A DNA stretch of 63,466 bases, counting the filler, from Saprolegnia diclina VS20 (lineage: Eukaryota): NCBI RefSeq assembly GCF_000281045.1. It is 4 parts of one record of this genome, joined end to end, with 100 filler letters (N's around TTAATTAATTAA, not from the genome) between each part and the next. Parts side by side here need not be neighbours in the genome. Positions count along the whole stretch, not along the records: positions 14,766 to 30,984 come from NW_008246132.1; positions 31,085 to 52,477 come from NW_008246132.1; 2 more parts are not named here. One strand, given 5' to 3'. The notes under the pieces were generated by a model, which was given only the letters and a program-made list of their open reading frames with translations, did not search any database and was not told where the DNA came from. The stretch's first letter is position 1. Every line of letters begins with the position of its first letter. A program made the translations under genes and the position numbers. Positions 23,588 through 34,300 of the stretch are shown piece after piece.

Positions 23588-25528
23588 ATGTCGACGCCTG
23601 TCGTACCCATCTCGCCGACGGAGCAGGACACTGGTGCCTTTGACGCGACGCCGTCCAGCGCACGGCTGGCGGCGCTCCAGCGCGTTCAAGCGCGGGTTTT
23701 TGAGGCGCTCAAGCCCGTCATCGGGCTCGTCATCTGCTGCCTCATCGTGGCCGACTCGATCACGAACAACTGGAGCTTGAACGACTATACGGGCAACGCA
23801 TACCACTTTCGGACGCCGGTACTGAGCGTCGCGACGGTCAATGACGTCCGCGCCCAGTACAACTTTCCCCTCCGATCTGTCTCGATCTCGCCCGCGGGCA
23901 TTTGGATGTCGTTCTTCAACGTCTTGCAGTTGGCCACGGGCGACCCGGACATGTATCTGCTCACGGCGGGCTCGTACACCGTCAACAAAGCCATCTTGGA
24001 CAAGCAAAGCCTCTGTACCGAAATGGCCAACCAGTACACTCTCCAAGCCACCACGAGCCTCTCGGCCGTCAAAATTGGCGCGTCCATGGACTATATGACA
24101 TATCTGCAGGGCAACATTTTCTCGTCCTATGACACGAGCACGCTGCCGCACAATATGTCGGGCGCGGCGCTCACAAGCCTTGGGTTCCTCCCGGGGCGGC
24201 TGGCCACAGACCTCCGGCTTTCGTCGGCATTCAACGTCACCCCCGATGTGCCTTACTCAAGCGTCAACGTCTCTTTGTATCGCATTTACAGCAAGTCGTT
24301 CTGCAGCGGCTGCACGCCATTGGCCGAGCTCGGACTCCTCGAATGCAAACTCACCTACTCGTACAACAGTACGTCGCGCGCGCTCGTTGTCCACTCCAGC
24401 AACGGCATTTTGGGGTCCACCCAAGACGTCGGCGTCCTCCTCCAGAAAAGTTCGTTTGTGTCGGCGGCCGTCTACATCAAGATTCTCAGTCTTCTCTGGG
24501 TCATTGTGAGTTTTGGCGCGAGTCGAAAGACGACCCGCTGGATCGAAGTCGAGACGTGGTTCACGCTGCCGTGGTACTCGAAGCTCTGGTACACGGTCGC
24601 GCCACCGATTTTTCGATATGCTTCGAGCGCTGTGAGTCTCTCAACTTTTTACTACAACTGCGACGGCTTTGTCCTTGGCTACTCGATCGCTGTCATGCTC
24701 GACATGAACGCCTCGCTTGTCTACGCGCGGGAAGTCAACATCTACAACAGTCTCAGCCCGAATTCGTTCATGTCGCTGCAGCTCTACTCGATGGGCCTCC
24801 GGTTTCTGTGGGCCAACTGCCTCGTCCTCAAGGGCCTCAAGATTGCCTTTCACTACCTTAGCAACGCGCAGACGACGGGCGACAACAAAATGGTGCGCTT
24901 CTGCAACCTCAGCTCGGTGCTTTTCATCTACCTCTCGGGCGTTGCGCTTCTCAATGTGAACCAACTCATTGAAATGAACAACAAGGCGCGAATCGACGTG
25001 CCGATCTACAACCTCCAGCGCATCAACGTCCACTTGGACGTCTTCGACTCGTGGTTTGTGCGCGCGCTCCCGACTGTGTTTGCGATTGGACTCATGAACC
25101 TCGTGTTCGTCCTTGCGCTCAACCACCTCTTTATGCGCTCGTGGTGGCGCCGACTCGAGCGCAACACGCTGGCGCGGCAGTTTATCTACAACTCGTCGGC
25201 GATTCTCGTTGAATTTTTTGATGAAAAAGACTTCAAGCCGGTCGACACCGACGTCAAGGCGATCGCGCCACTGGTCGTACCGGCGCGGTCGCTCTGCACG
25301 CTGCAGTGGCTCCTCACGTGTCACTTGATTCGGTTTGGGCTCACCGAGTCGCCATCGGTCGTCAAGGCCATCGTGACGCGCACCGCGAGCAAGCAGAGCG
25401 GCGACCTCTTCATGGTCGTCCAAGACTCGGACGGCAACGTTCGCCTCTATGACGCCCACAAGGCCGAAGTGCAAAGCCTCGGCATGGAAGTCAAAATTCT
25501 CAACAACACCAACTACATCATCGCGTAA
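23588..25528 (+). CDS. Oomycete multi-pass membrane protein (646 aa), unknown function
   Basis: Long intronless ORF with strong GC3 bias; N-terminal TM helix, ~240-aa luminal region, then several TM helices. Confidence 0.85.
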   Translation: MSTPVVPISPTEQDTGAFDATPSSARLAALQRVQARVFEALKPVIGLVICCLIVADSITNNWSLNDYTGNAYHFRTPVLSVATVNDVRAQYNFPLRSVSISPAGIWMSFFNVLQLATGDPDMYLLTAGSYTVNKAILDKQSLCTEMANQYTLQATTSLSAVKIGASMDYMTYLQGNIFSSYDTSTLPHNMSGAALTSLGFLPGRLATDLRLSSAFNVTPDVPYSSVNVSLYRIYSKSFCSGCTPLAELGLLECKLTYSYNSTSRALVVHSSNGILGSTQDVGVLLQKSSFVSAAVYIKILSLLWVIVSFGASRKTTRWIEVETWFTLPWYSKLWYTVAPPIFRYASSAVSLSTFYYNCDGFVLGYSIAVMLDMNASLVYAREVNIYNSLSPNSFMSLQLYSMGLRFLWANCLVLKGLKIAFHYLSNAQTTGDNKMVRFCNLSSVLFIYLSGVALLNVNQLIEMNNKARIDVPIYNLQRINVHLDVFDSWFVRALPTVFAIGLMNLVFVLALNHLFMRSWWRRLERNTLARQFIYNSSAILVEFFDEKDFKPVDTDVKAIAPLVVPARSLCTLQWLLTCHLIRFGLTESPSVVKAIVTRTASKQSGDLFMVVQDSDGNVRLYDAHKAEVQSLGMEVKILNNTNYIIA

Positions 25529-25626
25529 GACCAAGCTGGATTTATGTTGTACAATATATATACTTTATAAACATATTCGCCGGTGACGAGCGACTTCACG
25601 AGCAGACGACTGTTTGTGTCGGCCAA

Positions 25627-25792
25627 AGGTGCAAAGAAAAGGGAGGCATGTAGAACGGTTTCCGGAACACTACCACCCAATGTGAGCTAAATGATGCGAG
25701 CTAGTGTTTAGGTGCAAAGAAAAGGGAGGCATGTAAAACGGTTTCCGGAACACTACCACCCAATGTGAGCTAAATGATGCGAGCTAGTGTTT
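25627..25792. repeat. 83-bp direct tandem duplication (2 copies, 1 mismatch)
   Basis: AGGTGCAAAGAAAAGGGAGGCATGTA(G/A)AACGG...GAGCTAGTGTTT at 25627 and 25710. Confidence 0.92.
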
Positions 25793-26331
25793 GGGGAGGT
25801 GGGATTGCGCCACAGTAGTCACGTCAGAGGGACGCGACTTTTTGACGAGAAGGACCCAGAGAAGGACCGAACGCATTTTCCATCGGCGCGATGCGCGACG
25901 TACAAGCGCAGGCGCCTGTCCGCACTCATGTCGCCATCCAGAACTTCGCCGTAAGAGTCGGAACCAAATCGCACGCGGTCTCCTTTGCATACTCGTACAT
26001 GTTGTATAGAGCGTCAACCGAGCGCTCAGAAGCGCTCGAGGTCATCTGAGCCTTCCGATTACTGTAGTCGTTGCTTTCTTGACTGCATTCAGTCACTCGA
26101 CCGCTCGAATCAGATACCAGATGTAGAACATAGAAAACACGTGCTCCTTCGTGTCTTTGACCAAACGATGCCGTGTCCAAAGGCCCGAAACGTCATATCC
26201 CAAAAAGATCAACCATACCGTGACGTGAGGCGTATCCTACCGTGGAAATTGGCAGTGGGAAAGAAGGTAGCGCACCAGATAGAATATACGATTAATCACA
26301 ACAACAACCAACCAAATAAACTTGAGAACGA

Positions 26332-27855
26332 TTACGTTTGAAGTCGGTGCAGCTCGTTCCGTAGTGCACGTCGCACGTGCAGTAGCGATGGCCGGTACGT
26401 CGGGTTCCAGTTCATGCAGCTCTTGACGACGTTGGCGAGGGACTCGCCGGCCGCGGAGCTTCGACGCACGCCAGCTGTCGATGCCCCCTTGAAGACGGCC
26501 ATTTCTTTCAAAAGCGCGCCAAGGGCAAAAATGTCGGCTTGGACCGTGTACTGGAGCCCCGAGAGGATCTCGGGGGCCGCGCGCTGCGTGCTATACACGT
26601 CAACAAAGTCGTCTTCTTCGCGGAGCCAGCCAAAGTCGCAGAGCTTGGCTTCGCCCCGTGCGTTGAGATAGACGCTCGACGACGAGATGTTGCGGTGGGT
26701 CACGCCCTTGGCGTGGATGTACAAGAGACCTTCGACGATGCGCACCGCGTAGTCCAATTTCGTGACGAGCGCTTCGTCATCGTTCGCAATCGTTAAATAG
26801 TCCTTGAGCCGGCCTCGGTCCATGCACTCAAAGACAAGTTGTAGCTCCGTGGGTTTGGTCCAGAGTACACCGTGCATTGTCACCAGGTATGCGCTCGTGA
26901 GCCTACACAATACTCTATAACGCGTCCACCAAATCGAACGATAGACCTACTTGACACGGAGGAGGAGGTGGCCGACGCGCGTTTGGACGTCGACGTTGGC
27001 CGACAACTGCCGCTTTTGAACGACGACGCGGTTGCCGTCGTAGAGAGCTTGGTAGCTCTCGATACCGACCATGTTGACGGCGGCCGTCTGCGTCGGGTCA
27101 GCCTCGGCGTGGAGGAGATGGAGCTTGTGCGGCAGGAGCTGGTACGGCGTGATGGCCCCCAAATCTTGCTGGAAGCTGGACCGAAGTGACGTCAGCGTCA
27201 GCGTCGCGTTCGTATCGTGGAGCGACCGGTCGTACACTTCGTCGTCGGCCTCTTCGTGGACGAGACCGTTGTTGGTGAGGATCGTGACGCCGGCAACATT
27301 CAAGGGCGATGACTTGAAGTTGTGAGCGCTCTTGAGGAGCGGGTTTTCACGGCGTCTTCGCCGAGCGAGCAAGCACGTGGCAACAACGATGATGGCGACG
27401 GCGACGAGCCCGATGCCAATGTAGAGACCCGTGTTGATTTCGTCGCTCGACGACGTCGTCGCGTCGGTCAGCGTCGGTGTCGGCGACACCGTAGCGGGTA
27501 TGGCGGTCGGCACCACAACTGTCGTGTTGGGTGTTGTAATGTTGGGCACCGGCGCGGTCGTTGTCTCTTGTGGAATCGTCGACGGTACAATCGTGGTGCC
27601 ATTGAGTTGAAGGATCGAGCGGACGCGCGCACACCAGCCGCCCGGTACGTCGTAGCCCGAGACACCATAGAGCGACTTGTACTGGGCGCCGCAAGAGAGC
27701 TCCCGCGTCGGCCGGCGGTCGCACTCGGGCATGCGGTCGACCCACGCGCAGTGGACGCCGTCGATCGAGCCGCACGCGACGTCGTTGTTGTCGTTGAGGC
27801 GGAAGGCCGCGATCCCGAGCGTATCGGGGAGACACGTCCACGTCGAGTTGGTCAT
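26332..27855 (-). CDS. Receptor-like TKL pseudokinase with a small N-terminal Cys-rich domain; intron 26903-26950
   Basis: Ectodomain RLNDNNDVACGSIDGVHCAW...LSCG...YGVSGY...WC, Thr/Pro stalk, TM helix (LYIGIGLVAVAIIVVATCLL); kinase fold with HRN in place of HRD, plus DFG and APE. Confidence 0.82.
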
Positions 27856-28442
27856 TGCCAGCAAACTCTGTCGGTGGAATCGCGATGTGAGCAGCTCCAA
27901 AATGGAGCCACAGGATCGAATGCGAGATCCGGCAAAGTGGCGCTGGCGACCGCATGTATTCCATACGCAAAAACAGCTGGCGCGATCTGAGGTGGCGTGC
28001 AGTGCCACCGCCGCTGCATGCTTGCACTTTGACACCAAGGGTACTAGCGTAGAGCTCTATCACTGTTTGGACTCGATATTGTCGTTGAGCACCAAACAAT
28101 GTGTCTGTCGAATACGCTGTAGGATATGAAATGCTCGGCGAACGAGCTTGGACCACGGACAACTGGCTCGTTTCCTCTGTCGAACTGTCGTGGTGTCCTA
28201 CTTGACCCGAACAGAACAAATCAAGAGCTTCGATTTAGGGGATTTGAGACGGTGGGTGCACATTGCGCATCTCGGACGCGGCAGCATTGTACTGCATTGG
28301 TATAGAAACCGGCGGCACTTACTTTTATGCTTCGTTTCGCGTNNNNNNNNNNNNNNNNNNNNNNNNNNNNNNNNNNNNNNNNNNNNNNNNNNNNNNNNNN
28401 NNNNNNNNNNNNNNNNNNNNNNNNNNNNNNNNNNNNNNNNNN

Positions 28443-30984
28443 GCTACCGGGTGCCATCGCGCGCCTCCGCAACACGTCGGTTGACGATAATTTGATGGCG
28501 CAGCCGACGCAGTACTGCTGGGTTGACTTTAACAAGGCGTTTGAGCTCGCGCATACGGCGGCTCGTCAGCAGCGCTGCCTCGCTCAGTACGATGCCAACG
28601 GCGCCGTGTACCTCGAGTCTGTCTTGCGCAACACGGACCGTCATGCTTTTGCGGCCGCGTACCATACTCCTGGTAGTAACTACGAAATTGCGATTCTGCG
28701 TGGTCTGGAAGGGACGGTCGCGGGCGTTGAATGGCTTGATGCCATCGCATCGGTTGCGACCAGTGTCGACGAAGAAGTGGCATATTGGCAGCGCCATGGC
28801 ATTGGCGCGTTTCGCTACCAGTGGCACAACCTCTTTCTGCCGGGTCTTGTCGAGACAGTGACGCTCCGCAATGTGTTTGGTCTGGAGACGAGTGTCATCT
28901 TGAAAAGCACCGTCGAGAGCCAGGGCCCTTGGACAACCGTCGTCTTTAGCCCTCCCTTTGTCCTGGATCTGCTATTTGCCGGCCACTGCAACGCGAGTCT
29001 TATTCGTGGTACACCGGACGATATCCTCAATACATGGTGCGATGGCCAATCCCCGAGGCCGTTCGAATCCTTTATTGGTCTCAGCCCGTACGAGCGCCAC
29101 ATCGGTGTCGTTCGTGATACGCTGGGACCGTTTCTAGCGATCGATCTGTACATCGTGCCGGTGCTGTCGCCCGTCGGCGCTTTGGCAACCGACCTTATCT
29201 CTGCGTTTCACGACACCTTGAATGCATCGTCCGCAGCTTTGTACTCGGCACTTGACGGTGCTTTGGTGGTGACGCCCGTGCCGCCTGCGTGGCCAAGTAA
29301 CCTCTTGGTTTATGGCGGCAGCCCTTTCTGCACGTATCTCGAGCCTCAAACGTATGTGCAGGCGCCGTTCACATCGACCGACGACTGCACCCGATCGTCG
29401 CAGTGGACCGTCCGCATACCGCGGCGCTCTTTGGTTCTTGCTCTGGCACTGGTCAACGACTCGATTGACGTTATTTGTGCACAGCAGTCTCTTACTAGTA
29501 CAATCTGTGCCAAGACGCTGCTTGCTGCAAAAGAGCTCGCTCCTCGAGGCCACCGTGACTCGACTCTGCTGCAGAACGCAACAGCGGCGGTCGCCGCGCT
29601 CAATATTAGCGTCATGCAGTTTGCGTCGGATGTGAGCCAAGCCAACTACTCGTTGCTACTGCAGCCGCTACTGCAGCCACCATTTGCATTCTACGGCTGG
29701 ATCCTCCTCTTGGACTGGATAGCAGGTATCCGTGAAGTGATATCGCTACAAGGCGACAATGGAACACTTGTCTTGATCTCGGACGCCTACGACACAACGT
29801 CGACAACGCCCACCAGTGCGGTGATCGGAAGCTCCACTCTTGGTCTCTACTACTTGGTGGCGTACTCGGTCGTTGCGCTCGGCGCAGTTGCTCTTGCGAC
29901 GCTTGTCGTCTCGACCGTCTCGCATCACGACGTCACGGGCACCAACTTTTTTGTCTTCAATCGCGTCGCGGGCTCGACGTGGCTCGGGCGTCCGCTGCTT
30001 TTACTACGCGGAGGCAGTGCCATCCTACTGCTGAGCTCGGCACCAATCAGCCTCACGCAGCCGTATGGCGTGTTTGTCCAGCTCGCGCTGCCTCGGCACT
30101 CAATCTGGGAGACGTCCATCATGGCGTGGGAGGCGACGTGGGTCAGCTACGTTCTCCACGAAGTGGTTTTACCTCTACGATACCAGAATGCTTGCTTTTT
30201 GGCGATCCTTGGCACCGCTTTGGCATGGCTGTGCACCGTCATTATCGACGTCGCTTGGCCGTTGACTGTGACAACGAGTGTCGACCGAGAGTGTTCTATC
30301 GCGGAAGCGTACTACACGATGCTCTGCGCGAGCGCTGTGGTGCAGACCGGCCATCGTCAGCGACTGCTGCTGTTGAGCGCAGTGCAGTGTCTCGGACTTC
30401 CGTGCCTTTGGCTTTTCAATTGGGCGAAGTGCAAGAACCGTCAATCGCCCTCCTTAAAAGATGCCAGACTGCCGTTCGTGGGCCAGGTCTTCCTTGCCTC
30501 GCGCCATGACGCTGCAGCGCAACTCGCCTCGGGTCTTATCCCGCTTGGACCGTGGCTCTTCCTTGATTTGAAGCTCTGGCGACTACTCATTACCTCACCG
30601 TCGGTCGCAATCATTGGACCATTCGAACCACACGCGGCCGTCTATAGAGACAATCGTTGGGTCCCACGGGTCTGGGTTGTCGTCGGCACGATGTATGTGG
30701 CTGCAGCAATCTACAGCAGTGTCTCGTACCTCGGACTCGCCCAAGGGCTCTTGACAAACGACTTGGTCTGGCCCGCCTTCAACATGACGGGGTCGCACAG
30801 CTTTCTCGCCAACTGGTTCAACGAGCCGGCGCATGTACTGGGTGCAGACAGCTCGGCGATAGCACTCACCAACCACCAGCAAATCAACGCTCTTGGGCTG
30901 TTCAACCTGTCGCAAGCGTCCGTCGCGTTTCCCATCCAACAAGGCGCCAGAGTCCAGTACTCAACCCTAACCACACTCTCGGAT
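28443..30984 (+). CDS. Large multi-TM oomycete family protein, paralog 3 (both ends in gaps)
   Basis: YCWVDF, NGAVYLE, GDNGTLVLISDAY and FNRVAGSTWLGRPLLLLRG motifs shared with the paralogs. Confidence 0.85.
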
Positions 30985-31340
30985 NNNNNNNNNNNNNNNN
31001 NNNNNNNNNNNNNNNNNNNNNNNNNNNNTTAATTAATTAANNNNNNNNNNNNNNNNNNNNNNNNNNNNNNNNNNNNNNNNNNNNGGGATATAGAAGGCGT
31101 TCGATCACTAGGGCATGTGACGACTGGTATTAAGGTGGGCATTAGTTAGCTGATACGAGTACGTACTGCATGTGCGCTGCCCTGCCCATGTCATGCGCAA
31201 TAGCCTTGGTTCTACAGTATCGATTTCGAAGTATCGACTACAATGGACAACAACACCGACTAAACGGTGTATACGAGACGGCACCAAAGTGTCATTCTGT
31301 TAGCAGACAATATTCACCACACTCGATCCGTGTCGTGCTG

Positions 31341-34300
31341 TCAAGCTGCGTTGCGCAAGGGCAACGCCTCCCGCAGGCGTCGTTCGAGATGCGTGCTGAC
31401 GGCGCTGAGAGCGTGGAGCCGCCACGTCTTGACGTCAAACACATACATCGCCTGCTTGTAGCGAAGGCTCAAAAGGCCGTTGAGCGCCGCGGAGGCTCTG
31501 TCCATGTAGTATAGCTCCTCCTGAAGCCAGGATTCTTGGTCGAATAAATACCGCGCGCCGGCGCAGAGGAGGAGCGACCGACTGCGGACTTCGTTTTTGC
31601 ACTGACGACAGCGCACACTGAGGTACGAAGCGACGTTGATGCTGACGACCAAGAGCGACAGCAAAAGCAGACGGTGCAGCGACCCGATCACGACGTCGCC
31701 CGACGTGCAGTGCACTTGGTAGTCGAGCGCTGTCGTAATGCAGGTGCGATGAACGTGCACTGCGTGCGTCACGGGAAGAAGAGTCGTGAGACAGGCCGTC
31801 ACCGCCCAGACAAGAACGCTGTTGAGTGTCGTGTACCGCATGGCGTCCTCTTGGGTCAACGCCAGTGCAACGTCGTTGACGACGCCGGCTACCCACGTGA
31901 CTTCGTTGGCGGCCAAGCAGGTTGCGTACCACGGCAGCTGCGTCGCCTCCAAGACCGTGAGGCTTTCGTACTTGGTACCGAGGGTGAGCGAACTCGACGA
32001 GAGAAGGGAGAGCGCTGTCACACCACGCGCCAGCAAGAGCGGGCGGCCGACCCACACCACGCCGCCGACACGCGACAGCTCGAGCATATTCGCACCGGCG
32101 ATGCGACCATGGCACCGCACGAGGTAGACGGCGGCCACAGCCGCGAGTAGCATGAGCACGTACGTCACGTACTGAACAGCGCGGTGCGCGTACAAGGCAA
32201 ACACGACCGGGAGCTTGGTGGTATCGATGGGCTGCGCTCGGCGGATGCCACTGTCCCCGAGGAGGGTTAGGGTACCGACGTCCCCCTGGAACGTGACCAC
32301 CTCCCGGTTTCCCGCCACCCAGTCGTACAAGAGGACATGCGCGAAGAACGCAAAAGCCGGGTCGTCCAATAGCGGTGCTATGTACAAGGTCGTTGATGCG
32401 TTCGCCGTCGGTCGACCAAACTGTGCCAAGCTGATGCGCAGCGGTGTGAGTGCCGCCTCGAGAGACAGGCGCCACGTAGCTTGTAGCGTTTGCTCGGTTT
32501 CGTTGAGAAAGGTGAGCGTCGAGAGCACGCCGGCCACGCACGCGGTACGTTTGGCCACGACCTGCGCGCAGATCGCCGAGGCGTTGGGCGCTGTCAAGGC
32601 GGCGCCAACAACAAAGTGTTCGGGTGTCACGGCAAGCGACATGGTCACTTGTGTGGTGGCGCAGCTGTACGGAAATGAGAAGAGCTGCGTCAGCCCCGTG
32701 GTGATACTCGATGTCCCCGAGTTGCCTGCCGGCGGACAGAGAATCGAGCCGCCAAACACTTTAAAGTTGGCCGTCGACCATTGAGGGGGTATCGGCAGCA
32801 ACTGGGCGGGCAGCGAGATGGACGCGTAGGCGGCTATTGCCGCAGGACCCGTGCTGCGCAGCACGCCAACGTGGTCGAGGATCGCTCCGTACGCGCGGCG
32901 CACGACGTCAGGAACGCCGACGTAGACCATGTCGATTGAGCCAAAAGGCCCGATCGTCGACTGTACGACGGCAGCACCAACGCCGAGCGGCGATGCCAAA
33001 ATGCTTCCGTTGGCCACGTAGACAGCGGCGAGCGAGTCGTTGCGATAGGCAAATCGACTGCTCGACCGAAGCAGACTCTTGCCACCCATGGTCGATGTGT
33101 TCTTGAGGAGAGCGCTGAGGTCGTTGGCGAGCGACCAGTACATTTTGAACGACGTTTGGCTCTCCAAGCGGTAGTAGCCCGCGGTCGACTGCAGCGTAAA
33201 CGGATACGAGGCGCCGTACGCATTGACAATATTGTACGAGTTGACGAGACCGATCGACTTGTAGTTTTGCCACTGCAGCACGTACGACGAGATGCTCTTT
33301 GATGTCCAATAAGACACTTCGTCGTCGATCGAGAGGTACGGTGGGCTAAATGAAGCCAAGAGAGTCTGACCGGTTGTCGACTGACGCAGCTCGGAGCCAA
33401 ACCCAATCTCAAACGACTCACTCCAGCACGTTGAGATATCAACGTTCCGAAGCAGAGAAGCGAGAAAGACGGCACCGTTGTTGACCATCAACTTGCATCG
33501 TTCTTGGCGCTTGATCGAGTTGGCCATTTCCCATTTTTGATCCAAGTCGAGGTAGCAGTACTGCGTAAAGACATACGGACCATCACAGCCCTCGACGGCA
33601 CGCAGCGCTGAGATGGCGGTTGCGATCGCAGTGAGGTTGGTGTATTGGAGCATGGCGCCATATTGCTGCGGTGGAATCAGCACCGTCGTGGCAACGCTGT
33701 AGTCGGCAGCTGAGTTGATCGACGGCGCATCCAAAGTCGTCGTCATACTTGTGACGCCGGCCGTGAGCTGCCGCAAGAACCACCGCGCAACAAAGATATG
33801 GGTGCTCGTCATGTTGAAGCCCGTCCAGACAAGATCGTTGGCGAGGTTCGCCTCGGAGAGCGCGAGGTACGACGTGCTACTGTAGATAGCAGCACCGACG
33901 TACACCGTCCCAATGAGCAGCCAGCTCCGGTGCTGCCATGCCACTGTCGTCGGCACCGGCGCCGGAGGGCCCGCTGCACTCGGGAGCAGCGCGACGGTTG
34001 GTGCGACGGCAGCATCCGCCTTGCCGCGTACAAATACCCAGAGGGTAAAGTTAAAGGAGACGCACGTGCCCCGGTAGAGTCCAGCGAGAAGCAGTGCGAC
34101 GCGGTCCGACGCGATACCAGACAGTGACAAGTACGCCGTTGCCACCCCCGACAACTGAACGTCCGGGGACGCTGGCGCCGATCGGTGGCGGTCCATGATA
34201 CCCAGCACAAACACGGTCATTGGCACCACGAGCGTAGGGAGGAGCAGGAGCCAGCACGCTCTTGTGTAGCTGCCAATCGTGACGGTGGCACTCTTGCACT

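Noticed and set aside
25627..25792. CRISPR-like array
   Set aside because: Two adjacent 83-bp copies with no spacers, no cas genes, and a eukaryotic context.
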